Made by a program: the position numbers and the translations under genes. Below the pieces are notes generated by a model. That model was given only the letters and a program-made list of their open reading frames with translations. It was not told the DNA's origin and did not search any database. From Lama guanicoe (taxonomy: Eukaryota): a stretch of DNA of 64,000 nucleotides. The stretch spans positions 4,259,434 to 4,323,433 of the forward strand of contig MU053994.1 in assembly GCA_013239625.1 (NCBI GenBank), written 5' to 3'. Positions 39,079 through 51,599 of this stretch are shown piece after piece (position 1 is the first letter of the stretch; each line of letters begins with the position of its first letter).

Positions 39079-39971
39079 ATGAGCAAGATGAAGAAGCAGA
39101 GGAACCACCCCCAATTAAAAGAACGAGAGAAATCCCCTGAAAGAATGATCAATGAAATAGACACTGATAGCCTACTATATCAAGATTTCAAAAAAGGAGT
39201 AATCAAAGTGCCGAAGGAACCAAAAGATATAGTATTTAGAGACATACGATATGTCAAAAATGAAATTGAAACTATAAAGAGGAGCCAATTAAAATTAGAA
39301 AACTCATTGCCTGAGATAAGAGCTGATCTAAAGGCTGTACTAAGCAGGCTAAATAATGCAGAGGAATGAATAAGTGACCTAGAAGACAGGACAACAGAAA
39401 CCACCCAATCAGAACAACTGAGAGAAAAACAAATAAAAACAGTATAAGGGTCCTATGGGATAATATAAAGCATGCCAATCTATGCATAATAGGGGTTCCA
39501 GAAGGGGAAGAAGGAGCAAAGGGGATTGAAAAGGTATTTGAAGAAATCATGACTGAAAACTTCCCAAACCTAAAGAAGGAATCAGATATCCAAGTACAGG
39601 AAGTTAAGAGGTTCCTAAACAGGAAGAACTCAAACAGACCGACACCAAGATGGTGTATAATCAAGATGGCCAGGGCTAAGGATAAAGAAATGATCCTAAA
39701 GGCAGCAAGAGAAAAACAAAGAGTGAGTTACAAGGGAACTCCTATAAGGCTTCCAGATGATTTCATTACACAAACACTACAGGCCAGAAGGGGGTGGGAA
39801 GATATAGTCAAAGTCATGAATGAAAAAAAGATGCAGCCTAGGATACTTTATCCAGCAAGGTTATCCTTTAGAATAGAAGGAGAGATAAAGAACTCCACAG
39901 ACAAGGAAAGACTAGAAGAGTTTAGCAACACTAAACCCATGCTTAAAGAAATATTGAAAGGACTACTCTAA
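39079..39971 (+). pseudogene. L1 ORF1p, disrupted
   Basis: MSKMKKQRNHPQ...coiled coil...ENFPNL...YKGTPIRL...ILYPARLSF; stop at 39367-39369, and the two pieces lie in different frames. Confidence 0.95.
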
Positions 39972-40378
39972 ATAGAAAAGAAGCAGGATGCTACAGAAAT
40001 GAGAAAACCATAACTGAAAAGGTGATAACTACCATGAATTACAAATAGAATAAACATGAAATTGTAAAAGAAGACATCTAAATCATTAAGAGTGGGAGAG
40101 GGAAGCAAGAAAATATAGGGTTTTTTTTTTTCTTTTTAAAATTTTTTGTTCTCAGTAGGATGGGTTTGAGATTATATTACTATCTGTTTAATACAAACAG
40201 TTATAGTAATGGGTTAATATAGTTACAAAAAAAGGATAACCATAAGCCCAAAACTTACATGTGAATCACAAAAACTAAATAAAATCCAAGATAATACAAA
40301 GAAAAATTATCAAACCACAAAAGCAAGAAGAAAGGAACAAAGAGGAAATACCAAATCAACTGCAAAAATAAGTTCAAA

Positions 40379-43300
40379 ATGGCAATAAACACACATCTAT
40401 CATTAATTACTGTAAATGTCAGTGAACTAAATGCTCCAATCAAAAGACACAAAGCAGACTGGATAATAAAGCAAGAACCTTCAATATGCTGCATACAAGA
40501 GACCCACTTTAGGGAGAAGAACACATATAGATTGAGAGTGAAAGGATGGAAAAGGATATTCCATGCAAATGGAAGAGCCAAGAAAGCAGGAGTAGCAATA
40601 CTGATTTTAGACAAAATAGACTTTAAAACAAAGGCCATAAAGAACGATAAAGAAAGACATTTTATAATGATTAAAGGAGTAAAACAAGATGAAGATATTA
40701 CACTCATTAATATATATGCACCCAATATAGGAGCACCTAAGTATATACAAGAATTACTAACAGAGATAAAGGGCGATATTGATGGGAATACAATCATTGT
40801 TGGAAACTTTACCACCACATTAACATCACTGGACAGATCTTCCAGACAGAAAATAAATAAGGCAACAGAGAAAGTAAATGATACTATAGAAAAATAAGAT
40901 TTGGTGGATGTTTTCAGAGCATTACACCCCCCAAAAATAGAATATACATTCCTTTCAAGTGCACCTGGAACATTTTCTAGGATTGATCATGTACTCAACA
41001 ATTTTAAGAAGATAGAAATTATCTCAAGTATCTTTACTGACCACAGTGCCATGAAACTATAAATCAAGTACAGAAAAACAAAGGAGAAAAAAATGAAAGC
41101 ATGGAGATCAAACAACATGCTACAAAAAAAACCAATGGGTCACTGATGAAATCAAAGTTGAAATAAAAAAATACCTTGAGACAAATGATAATGAAAACAC
41201 AACCACACAAAATTTATGGGACACAGCAAAGGCAGTGCTAAGAGGGAAGTTTATAGCGATACAGGCCTTCCTCAAAAAGAAAAAACAAACAAACAAAAAA
41301 ACCCAAAAAGAACAGTCTCAAATAAATAATCGAATCCACCAGCTAAAAGAGCTAAAAGAATTAGAAAAAGAAGAGCAAAGAAAAAGAAACAAACAACAAC
41401 AACAACAACAAAAAACCCCAAAAGTCAGCAGAAGGAAGGAAATAATAAAGATCAGGGAGGAAATAAATAAAATAGAGATTAAAAAAAAGAAAAAAATCAA
41501 TCAAATCAAGAGCTGGTTGTTTGAAAGAGTAACTAAAATAGACAAACCTCTAGCCAAGCTCACAAAGAAGAGAAAAGAGAGAGCACAAATAAGCAAAATA
41601 AGAAAGGAAAATGGAGAAATTACAACAAATAACATAGAAATACAGAATATCATATGAGGATATTATAAACAATTATATGGAAACAAAATGGATACCTAGA
41701 GGAGATGGACAAGTTTCTGGAAACATACTGTCCACCAAAACTGAATCAAGAAGAAACTGACCACTTGAACAAACCGATCACTAGAAAGGAAATCGAATTA
41801 GCAATAAAAAACCTCCCTACAAATAAAAGTCCAGGACTGGACAGCTTCATTGGGGAATTCTACCAAACTTACAAAGAAGAACTCATACCAGTCCTTCTCA
41901 AACTCTTCCAGAAGGTTGAAAAGGAGGGAATACTCCCAAACTCATTCTATGAAGCCACCATTACCCTGATACCAAAACCAGGCAAAGACACTACCAAAAA
42001 AAAGGATTACAGGCCAATATCACGGATGAACATAGATGCAAAAATCCTTACCAAAATATTAGCAAATAGAATCCAACAGCACATAAAAAAGATTATACAC
42101 CATGATCAAGTGGGGTTCATCCCAGGGACACAAGGAAGGGTCAACATACACAAATCAATTAATGTAATACATCACATCAACAAGAGAAAGGACAAAAACC
42201 ACATGATCATCTCAATTGATGCAGAAAAAGCATTTGATAATATTCAACACCCATTTATGATAAAAACTCTCACCAAAGTGGGTATAGAGGGAACATATCT
42301 CAACATCATAAAAGCTATATATGACAAACCTACAGCCAGCATAGTACTCAATGGTAAAAAGCTCAAAAGCTTCCCACTAAAATCTGGGACAAGACAAGGA
42401 TGCCCACTATCACCACTCCTATTCAACATAGTCTTGGAAGTCCTAGCCACAGCAATCAGGCAAGAGAGAGACATAAAAGGGATCGGCTTTCGAAAAGAAG
42501 AGGTAAAATTGTCACTATATGCAGATGACATGATACTATATATAGAAAACCCTAAAAGGTCCCCACAGAAACTACTAGAACTAATCAAGGAATTCAGCAA
42601 GGTAGCAGGTTACAAGCTTAATGTACAAAAATCAGTTGCATTTCTTTACACTAATGATGAATTGACAGGAAAAGAAAGTAAAGAAACAATCCTCTTTAAA
42701 ATAGTACCCAAAGTAATAAAATACTTAGGAATAAATCTAACCAAGGAGGTGAAAGACTTATATATGGAAAACTATAAACCACTGATGAAGGAAATTAAAG
42801 AAGACTAAAAAAAAATTGAAAGATAGCCCATGCTCCTGGATTGGAAGAATCAATATTGTTAAAACTGTCACACTGCCCAAGGCAATCTACAGATTTAATG
42901 CAATCCCTATCAAATTGCCCAGGACATATTTCACAGAACTAGAACAAATCATAATAAAACTTATATGGAACCATCAAAGACCTAGAATTACCAAAGCATT
43001 ACTGAAGAGAAAGAAAGAGGCTGGAGGAATAACTCTCCCAGACTTCAGACAATACTACAGAGCTATAGTAATAAAAACAGCATGGTATTGGTACAAAAAC
43101 AGACATATGGATCAATGGAACAGAATAGAGAGCCCAGAAATGAACCCACAAACTTTTGGTCAACTAATCTTTGACAAAGGAGGCAAGAATATAAAATACT
43201 TAGGAATAAATCTAACCAAGGAGGTGAAAGACTTATATATGGAAAACTATAAACCACTGATGAAGGAAATTAAAGAAGACTAAAAAAAAATTGAAAGATA

Positions 43301-44181
43301 GCCCATGCTCCTGGATTGGAAGAATCAATATTGTTAAAACTGTCACACTGCCCAAGGCAATCTACAGATTTAATGCAATCCCTATCAAATTGCCCAGGAC
43401 ATATTTCACAGAACTAGAACAAATCATAATAAAACTTATATGGAACCAAAAATGGGACCTATTTAAACCTACAAGCTTTTGCACAGCAAAGGAAACCATA
43501 AGCAAAACAAAACGACAACCTACGGAATGGGAGAAAATTTTTGTGAATGATGAAACTGACAAAGGCTTGATTTCCAGAATATATAAGCAGCTCAGACTCA
43601 ATAAGAAAAAAATAAACAACCCAATCCAAAAATGGGCAGAAGACCTAAACAAGCAATTCTCCAAGGAAGACATACAAATGATCAAAAAGCACATGAAAAA
43701 ATGTTCAATATCACTAATTATCAGAGAAATGCAAATCAAAACTACAATGAGGTATCACCTCACACCAGTCAGAATGGCCGTCATTCAAAAATCCAAAAAT
43801 GACAAATGCTGGAGAGGCTGTGGAGAAAGGGGAACCCTCCTACACTGCTGGTGGGAATGCAGTTTGGTGCAGCCACTATGGAAAACAGTGTGGAGATTCC
43901 TCAAAAGACTAGGAATAGACTTACCATATGACCCAGGAATCCCACTCCTGGGCTTGTATCCAGAAGGAAATCTACTTCAGGATGACACCTGCACCCCAAT
44001 GTTCATAGCAGCACTATTTACAATAGCCAAAACATGGAAACAGCCTAAATGTCCATCAACAGATGACTGGATAAAGAAGAAGTGGTATATTTATACAATG
44101 GAATACTATTTAACCATAGAACGACAACATAACACCATTTGTAGCAACATGGATGTCCCTGGAGAATGTCATTCTAACTGA
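40379..44181 (+). pseudogene. L1 ORF2p (endonuclease/reverse transcriptase), disrupted
   Basis: EN (ICCIQETH, INIYAPN), RT ([34 protein letters not shown]) and CCHC ([18 protein letters not shown]); several stops, frameshifts, A-rich expansions and an internal duplication. Confidence 0.97.
43191..43448 (+). repeat. Perfect 258-bp copy of 42716-42973
   Basis: Identical by reading; offset 475 bp; repeated peptides visible in the ORF track. Confidence 0.95.
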
Positions 44182-44607
44182 AGTAAGCTAGAAAGAGAAA
44201 GAAAAACACCATATGAGATCACTCATATGTGGAATCTAAAAAAAAAAAAAAAAAAAAAAAGAGAGAGAGAGAGAGAGAACATAAATACAAAACAGAAACA
44301 GACTCATAGACATAGAATACAAACTTGTGGTTGCCAGGGGGGAGGTGGGTGGGAAGGGACAGACTGGGAGTTTGAAATTTGTATACTGACAGGTATATAC
44401 AGAATAGATAAACAAGATTGTACTGTATAGCACAGGGAAATATATACAAGATCTTGTGGTAGCTCACGGTGAAAAAGTATGCTACAATGAATATATGTAT
44501 GTTCATGTATAAATGAAAAATTGTGTTCTACAATGGAAACTGACACAACATTGTAAACTGACTATAACTCCATAAAAAAGAAAGAAAAAAAGAAAAAGAT
44601 GAAGAGA

Positions 44608-44720
44608 CTCTATTGTGTTTTTGATTTGCGCTTACCTTGATTTTCAAGTATGTTAACCCCTTACTGTATGTACTTGCTTTATGATGGTAATCATATAGAC
44701 TCAAAACACATTCTTAAAAA
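44608..44720 (-). mobile_element. Antisense fragment of the inter-ORF region of a different L1 subfamily
   Basis: Reverse complement agaatgtgttttgagtctatatgattac...aaagcaagtacatacagtaaggggttaacatacttgaaa is distantly homologous to 40155-40265. Confidence 0.7.
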
Positions 44721-44889
44721 AAAAATTACGTTTTCTTACTCCCCTCCAAAAAAAAAAAATCAGTATGAAAAAAAAAGAAAAGGATGAACAGATGAAGAAT
44801 AAAATGGAATAAAAACATAAGGTTATGTTTTCTCTTATATTTCCCACAAAATCAGATGATGCAACTTAAATGGAATAAAAATTTCAAGT

Positions 44890-45372
44890 AAATATTCTGT
44901 TTGCCCTTCCAGATCCACTCACCACCTTTCCAACTGCTTTTTTTCCCATGAGGCTGACCTTTACAGATGGCTTCCAGGGACTTCTCATTGGGTTCAGTCT
45001 ATGAGAGGCACTGGCAGGAAACGGGAATGTTGAGGGGAGAGCAAGGTCTAGATATCTCTTCCTCCAGCCAGCTAATAGTTAGCAGTGGCTGTGTTTCTCT
45101 ACTGAAGGCCACAGCTCCTATCTGTAGATACTAGGGATAGTGACACAGCTGTGCTCCACAGCTCTTTCTAAATCTTGGAAACCACTCCTTCCCTCTACCC
45201 TTTCAGACCCAGGGGTGATAATGAATCCCCATTTGTTTTATTTGAAGTAATCCCTTCCTCATCCCTTTGGTTTTCTTTACCCCTTTCTATACCTTTTTAA
45301 CTCATTAAACTCTACTCAACTACCTTATTTGAGAATTCCATCATTTTTATGCAACTGGGATCCTGACTGACA
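44890..45372 (+). mobile_element. LTR33-like ERVL LTR
   Basis: ctgtttgcccttccagatccactc...cattaaactctactcaa...gggatcctgactgaca. Confidence 0.7.
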
Positions 45373-45800
45373 TAAGCACTAAAAATAATACAAAGAATAG
45401 AGGAAAAACATGAGACTTTAGGTCAGAGTGGTCCATCTAGCTGGAGAAGATAATGAAAGAGATTTTTGCCTTGAAATGAAGAAATTCCCTAGGATAGAGC
45501 AAAGAGCAGGTAGGGGGAAATAAGTTAGCCATAATAAAATAATTTTAAAATGTCAGGCTGTTATCAGATCTTCTTTTTGCAATACTAATTGTCAGAAGAC
45601 ATTGAAAATTTTGAGAGCCTACCTAAGGTACAGTTCATGGAACAGAAAGTCATTTACAACCATGCAAGAACTTAGAAAGTGTATCATCCACAAATAGCTC
45701 TGAGTAATGTTCTCAGGAAAAGGATAAATTCCAACAAACCAAATGTAAATCACAACACACAATTTCAACTGAGATAAACGTGATTTAAAAGCAATTGTGA

Positions 45801-46041
45801 CAACAAGGTCCTACTGTATAGCACAGGGAACTATATTCAATATCTTGTAATAGCCTATAATGAAAAAGAAACAGGAAAAGGAATCAGTATGCTATGCTCA
45901 CTATACTAACTTAGTGAAATGCTAGTGAATCACTGTTATATACCAGAAACTAACACAACATTGTAAATCGATTGCAGTTCAATGAAAACTTAAAAAAAAT
46001 GTTATGAGTAACAAATTTGGTCAAGAAAATTAAAAAAAAAA
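45801..46041 (+). mobile_element. L1 3' fragment with two A tails
   Basis: caacaaggtcctactgtatagcacagggaactatattcaa; TSD taaaagcaattgtga (45786-45800) / taaaagcaattataa (46042-46056). Confidence 0.85.
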
Positions 46042-47027
46042 TAAAAGCAATTATAATTACTGCTGAGATCAGTAGCACTTATGTTCAGTGCTGAAATAAT
46101 GGTTAACATGATTGTGAAATGTAACAAACATCAAACAATTTTTGAAAGACAAGATATATAATTATAAAGTAAATTAATCTAGTTCTAATATCCCAGGTTA
46201 TTCCAACAAAAATGGTGAAGGGATAAAAATAAAATGTACTAGTATTCCTTTATTCTTTCTGTTTAAATGAAAAAAAAATGAACCCATTATTGTTTAATCT
46301 TTTCATTGAAAAAATATATTTTAACATGTAGATAATTACAAAAAATTAAATAAAACTTCTAAATCACAAACAATAAGAAAGACCAAGTTACAGTAAAAAG
46401 TCTGAAGGAACATGCAGTCCAATATTGATAATGCTTACTCCTGCATTGTGAGATCTTGGAGGTTTTAGCTTTTTGCTCATCTATATTCATATTTTTCTAT
46501 AATGCGTATATATTTACTAGTGTAAAAGCACACCTTTATACAAATTTCCATATCTTATAAAATAAAATGAAACTATAATACTTTTAATTTCCTGAAATTT
46601 GCACATCTTCTATTTTTTTTCTCAGAAGTATTTTAGGCAGTTAAAAAATGGACTTAACACATGAATAAGACAGATAGTAAGACAGATAACCCATCCGTCT
46701 GGGTCAAGTTGGGCAAATTTTGCTTTTAGAGATTCCTGGGAATTTAGGAGCAAGAAGGAATCCCAAGTATAAGTAAACATATTACTTAAATAGTATAATC
46801 ATTTCAATAAGGTATGAAAATGTCCTAGAAATAGCTAAAGTCAACAAAATGATCTTTAAAAATCAATCATCTAAAATGCTATTTAACTTCTGAGAGGCTT
46901 CGTGTAGTGTTCATCTTTTGAGTTTTCTGCTCAACTCCCCCTTTTCTAAGAATTTTCCTCCCTTCATACACATGGTGGCAGTGGGAGTGACCACGTGCCA
47001 TGTTGTTAGAGTGAGAAAACAAATTTC

Positions 47028-47210
47028 TATGAATATTTTACTGATGAAATTAAGACTATGTTAATATATATTAATGTAGTAGAGTTAATATGAGTAGATT
47101 TTGTTCTGTTTTGTTTTGTTTATGAATATTTTACTGATGAAATTAAGACTATGTTAATATATATTAATGTAGTAGAGTTAATATGAGTAGATTTTGTTTT
47201 GTTTTGTTTA
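47028..47210. repeat. 93-bp tandem duplication
   Basis: 47028-47120 is repeated from 47121; the copies differ only in the (gtttt)n tail. Confidence 0.95.
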
Positions 47211-47644
47211 GGTCTGCTAATGAGAGGAAAATAATTCTTTTGGGGAGAGATAACCTTTCACTTAATTGGGGTTCAAAATTCTTATCATTAATTGATTGCA
47301 AATACTCTTCTGTCAAAACCCCAGATGGGCCTCATCATAGTTCATGGGACTGTGAACCTGAACCTGGGATTCTAGACATGGGTCTGAGGGATCCAGGCCC
47401 CCCTCTCTAGAGGCTTTACCTGTTAAAAACATAATGTTGGGACTGTTGGTGGCCATGTTTCTCCTTGTGGGCTGTGGAGCTGAGGGAGCTGGTTTGCAGA
47501 GAGAGAAAACAATGAAGACAGACAGAGCAGGGGTGAAGATAATTGATGACCTATTAGCTTCTTGTTCCAGTTTTTGCCTACACTCTAGCTGTGTTCCTGT
47601 CCTCAGGATCTAGAGCCACCCCAGCATCCTGAGGCAGCATCCCG

Positions 47645-48052
47645 CAGTAGTTCAGATCATGCGCTGTGACATTAGATTGACTGGATCTGAATCTTCATAA
47701 CTATCTATGGCACCATTTGCAAGTTCCACTATCACGTTCAGCCTTGATTTCTTCATCTCTAAAGGGGAGATAATAATCGGCCCTATTTCAAAGGGTTGTG
47801 GTGAGTGTTAAATGAATTAATACATTTTAAATGTTTGGTATGAAGTAAGTGCTGGGGGGAGGATATAGCTCAGTGATAGAGTGCATGCTTAGCATGCACG
47901 AGGTCCTGGGTTCAAGCCCTGGTACCTCCAATAACAACAATAACCAAAAAATGAATGAATGAATGAATGAATGAATGAATAAAATAAACCTAATTGCCTC
48001 CCCCCACCAAAAAATAAAATAAAATAAAAGTGCTAAATATTAACATTTATTA
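47645..48052 (+). mobile_element. MIR interrupted by a Vic-1-like SINE
   Basis: tttcttcatctctaaaggggagataataat...gggttgtggtgagtgttaaatga...aagtgct|aaatattaacatttatt. Confidence 0.7.
47854..48027 (+). mobile_element. tRNA-Ala-derived SINE (Vic-1-like) with (GAAT)n
   Basis: ggggaggatatagctcagtgatagagtgcatgcttagcatgcacgaggtcctgggttcaa; tail aaacctaattgcctcccccc; TSD aagtgct. Confidence 0.9.
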
Positions 48053-48299
48053 TATTAAAGGCTATAGTATCAATAAATTATGCTCAATTATATAATATTA
48101 ATTATGGTAACTATTAATTAACTATTAATATCCTTACAATAAATTAATTTTTCTGCTTAAGTATTTGCTATCAGGGGCCCATTGAGAGCTGCAATTCCTT
48201 TCTGGAAATATGTCAGGAATGATTTCAAAACTTTGGGCTGGTGATGGGTTGGGAGGTAGGGTCACAACTAAGGAAGAAGAAGAAACACAGTCACATAGT

Positions 48300-48530
48300 T
48301 GAGTATGAACTTCTCAGTCAGTGAGCACAGTATTTAGGTCCTAGTTTTGCCTTTTACTAGTCATGGGATCTTAGGAAAATTACTGAGCATTAAATTCCTA
48401 ATTTGTAAAATTTGTGTAATAATAGATCTGGCTCATGGAGAAGTTGCAAAAAAATTCTAAATAAGATTATTTGCCAGGTATCTGGCACATAAGAATACTA
48501 AATAAGTATTTTATTATTTTAATTATTATT
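48300..48530 (+). mobile_element. MIR SINE
   Basis: ttcctaatttgtaaaat...tctggcacataagaatactaaataagtatt. Confidence 0.6.
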
Positions 48531-49247
48531 ACTAACTCCACATTCAGGTGACCTATACATCAAGTGGCCAGGTTAAAGTCAGGGAGGTAAGGAATATACA
48601 AATACTCATACGGTCAACTGAACAAAAATGCAGGAGGCTAAAAATAGGAAAAGAGCTTATTTGGGGTCCTAAGAATTGCAATTCAGTAGACACAGATTCC
48701 AGCTACCCAAAAAGAGCGTTCCAAGGATTTTCCTTTCACAACACCTCATCAAGGGACATGTGATTAATCAACACAGACCTTTTCCCTAATTCAGAATGTC
48801 CCAGCCACAGTTTGCTCTTCTTACAAATATATTACTTTAATTTCTTGAGCTCTTCGATTGTTACTGGATATTGGTAATAAGACTTCTGCTTCAATGATGT
48901 CTTAAATCCACTAGGGACTACTGAAGTTAATTTTAGCCAGTTGATAAGTATTATGTATTTAAAGCGAGGACCTAAGATCCACAAAGTAAGTAAAAACCTA
49001 GAAACCTGACTATTTTCTTGTTTAAAGTCCTTATAAGACAGGAATTAGAGAGCTCCTGGAATGTTTTAAAATAAAGGTTATGAAGCCCGACTTTTTGTTT
49101 TTCTGCTAGCAGACTTTCCCAGGCCCCTACTCAAATGCTACCTTAATAGATGCCCCAATAAATATTTGCAGAATGAATGAATGGGCGAATATATAATCAG
49201 AGCAAACCAAATCAATACACATGAGGTTAGTGAAGAAATACCTTCAA

Positions 49248-49428
49248 GCACTGATTCCTACCTTGGCTGCACCACAGAATCACTTGGGAAGGCTTTTCAA
49301 AACATACATTTCCAGGCCCCACAGACCACCCAACTGAACCAGCATTTCTGGCTGGTGCAACAACCAGGGAACCTGTCTTTTCAAAAACCTCTTCAATTGA
49401 TTGTGAAAAGCACCCAGGTTTAGGAATG
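49248..49428. mobile_element. MER5-like hAT DNA element
   Basis: ccttggctgcaccacagaatcacttgggaag...ccaggccccac...ccaggttta. Confidence 0.65.
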
Positions 49429-49664
49429 TAAACAATTCCTTGGCTGAAAGTCCTCAATAATGAAATGACTCACTTGAGTTTGAGTTTTCTGTATGGAAAT
49501 GGCTTGCACCTGGTTTTCTTTCTATGTTTGAGGCTCTGTGTTCTGACTGGGGCCTTCTTGGAGGAAGGAGTCAGGATGATTCAAAGAAGCAAAGAGATCT
49601 GAAGGAAAGGCATCTTGTTGAGCTCTCATTCAGCATAAAATTAGAAACCTGGCATTATTACAAG

Positions 49665-50155
49665 GTGTGATATGGCCCCAATTCTACACCCCTCCCTGTA
49701 TCTATGCTCTTTGTTCTTATCTTTGAAATACCCTCCCACTCCTTGGCTCTGTGCTCAGCCCTGTGACTTGCTCTGGTCATTTAGATTATAGAACTGTGAA
49801 ACAGGCTGAGGCATGGAAAAGTGCTTAATGTTTCTGTTTGCTCTCTCACTCTTAGGTTTTTGTCATGAGAACACAGCCTTCTGAAGGATGAGCTATGTGC
49901 ATCCAAGCTAAATAGCTAAATTCTCCCAACAGGGGCTATCCTAGAGAAACCGATGATCAGTTAACCTCCAGAGCCTAGCAAAACAATGAGAGCTGCCTAG
50001 CCAACATACAGTTGACTACAGATGCAAAAGTCAGCCTAACAGAGACCAGAAAAACTGTCTCACCTCCTCAAGGATTCATAACTTTATCATTTTAAGCCAC
50101 TGAATTGTGGAATACTTTGTTACACAGCATTATTATGGCAAAAGATAATGATACA
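49665..50155 (+). mobile_element. MaLR LTR (MLT1G/H-like)
   Basis: atggccccaattctacacccctccctgtatc...tttaagccactgaatt...ttacacagcattattatggcaaaagataatgataca. Confidence 0.7.
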
Positions 50156-50339
50156 TAAGGAAATCAAGGCAATCATGATCCCAGGAAACACAATCATAAG
50201 AATTACGTGAATTTGAAAAATTCCCTCGATGGATTTTCTGAATCCATCTTCTCTGTATCTTAGCAGATATTATCAATAAAATTCCTAAAATTGTAGGGGC
50301 CTGTGAAGGATAGAGTTAGGGAGAAGTTAACATAAGTGG

Positions 50340-50857
50340 TGTCAGGGAGGAAAACAGTTGTTTTTCTCTGTACCCATCTTAGGTTCATTGATTGCGGCCA
50401 GCAAATCAAACTGATAAAAGGCAGATTAACAAGAGAAAAAGACAGTTTTAATTAGTATATATTGGAGGACAGGAGTTTTACACACACACACACACACACA
50501 CAGACAAATGACAATCAAGGATGACTGAGGTTTGTCAAGCTAAACAAAGGAAAAGAGCTTTTGAGCTTCTGGGAGGAGCAGGCAAGTTCTGAGGAGGTGA
50601 CCAAGAGAAGTATGGTAAATACAGGTTGTTTTTTACTAGAACCTTACTGGTTTGTTAAGCAGATTTAAGTTGTTGCCTTTTTCATCGCTAAGAGTGGTTG
50701 AGTCCTTCTCCATAACGGAAATTTCCTTTTCAGAAAGAAAACTTGTGCCCCCTTTTTTTCCCTGGTCTGCTGCTTCTCAATGGCCTTTAGCTCAAAATAA
50801 TCCATGTGCCAAAGAGACGTTGGGGCGTGGGGGGCGGGCATATTTTTGTATCCTTCG
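50340..50857 (-). mobile_element. ERV1-class solo LTR (MER4/MER34-group-like) containing (CA)n
   Basis: aaggcagattaacaagagaaaa...tagctcaaaataatccatgtgccaaagagac. Confidence 0.65.
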
Positions 50858-51599
50858 TTAGAAACACCTCTAAAGAAAAGAGGAAATTTGTGGTTAGAGA
50901 AAGGTGTGGAATCTAGGGCAAGAAGAAAGGAGAGTGTAAGCAGTAGAAGGAAGCATGAAAAGTGGTCCTGAAAAATAATAGTTAAAGAATCTATTATGAC
51001 ACCTGATTTTTCAGTTTGCTGTTTAACCATGCACCAATTCCTGCTAGAAGGGATTCACTCAGCCAGCCACTGCGAGAACTTCACAGATTCTAGTGTGATT
51101 CCGATTTGAGATCTTCAGCTGAGCCTTCAGTCTGAGTCTTCCAAGTCAATTTGTTGAAGAAAACCCTGCAGCCTACATCCTTGCTAACTCCAGCTGTAAG
51201 GAAGACTATGTACCCCTGTTGGAAGCAACAGCTGTGCAGATATCTAGATTGTTTCAGCCCATTTGACCTAAGTCCTAACCCTTGTTTTTAGGGAATAAGA
51301 GCAAGTTGAAATGAAAAAATGAAAAGCATTTGTTTTAAAATGCTATGAAAAGTGTTTTAGGCTGAAGCCTTTCCAGAAAGCTGGATTCTGATTGCTTATC
51401 TCCTATGATTCCTTATGATTTTAGGAAAAATCACAGAACTATTAGAAGACAGTATAAGTGTGTGTGTAATGTTGGTACATTATTAATGGCAGAATCAATA
51501 AGGAAAAATATCAAGAGAATAAGAGATCAGATTAAGTAAAACCCAAAAGTGGTTGCATTACAAAAAAGTGAAATAAATCAAAATGAAAAGCAAATAATA

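Larger units (their letters stand above)
37770..44589 (+). mobile_element. Full-length, inactivated LINE-1
   Basis: 5' end gccaagatggcg, GC-rich 5'UTR, ORF1, inter-ORF spacer, ORF2 (EN/RT/CCHC), 3'UTR, A tail and TSD (37752-37769 vs 44590-44607). Confidence 0.97.

Noticed and set aside
40255..40818. 187-aa hydrophobic minus-strand ORF and similar ORFs up to 44546
   Set aside because: Typical antisense shadows of A-rich L1 sequence.
41705..42808. Stand-alone functional reverse transcriptase gene
   Set aside because: It is an uninterrupted stretch of a multiply disabled L1 ORF2, with no sign of separate expression or selection.
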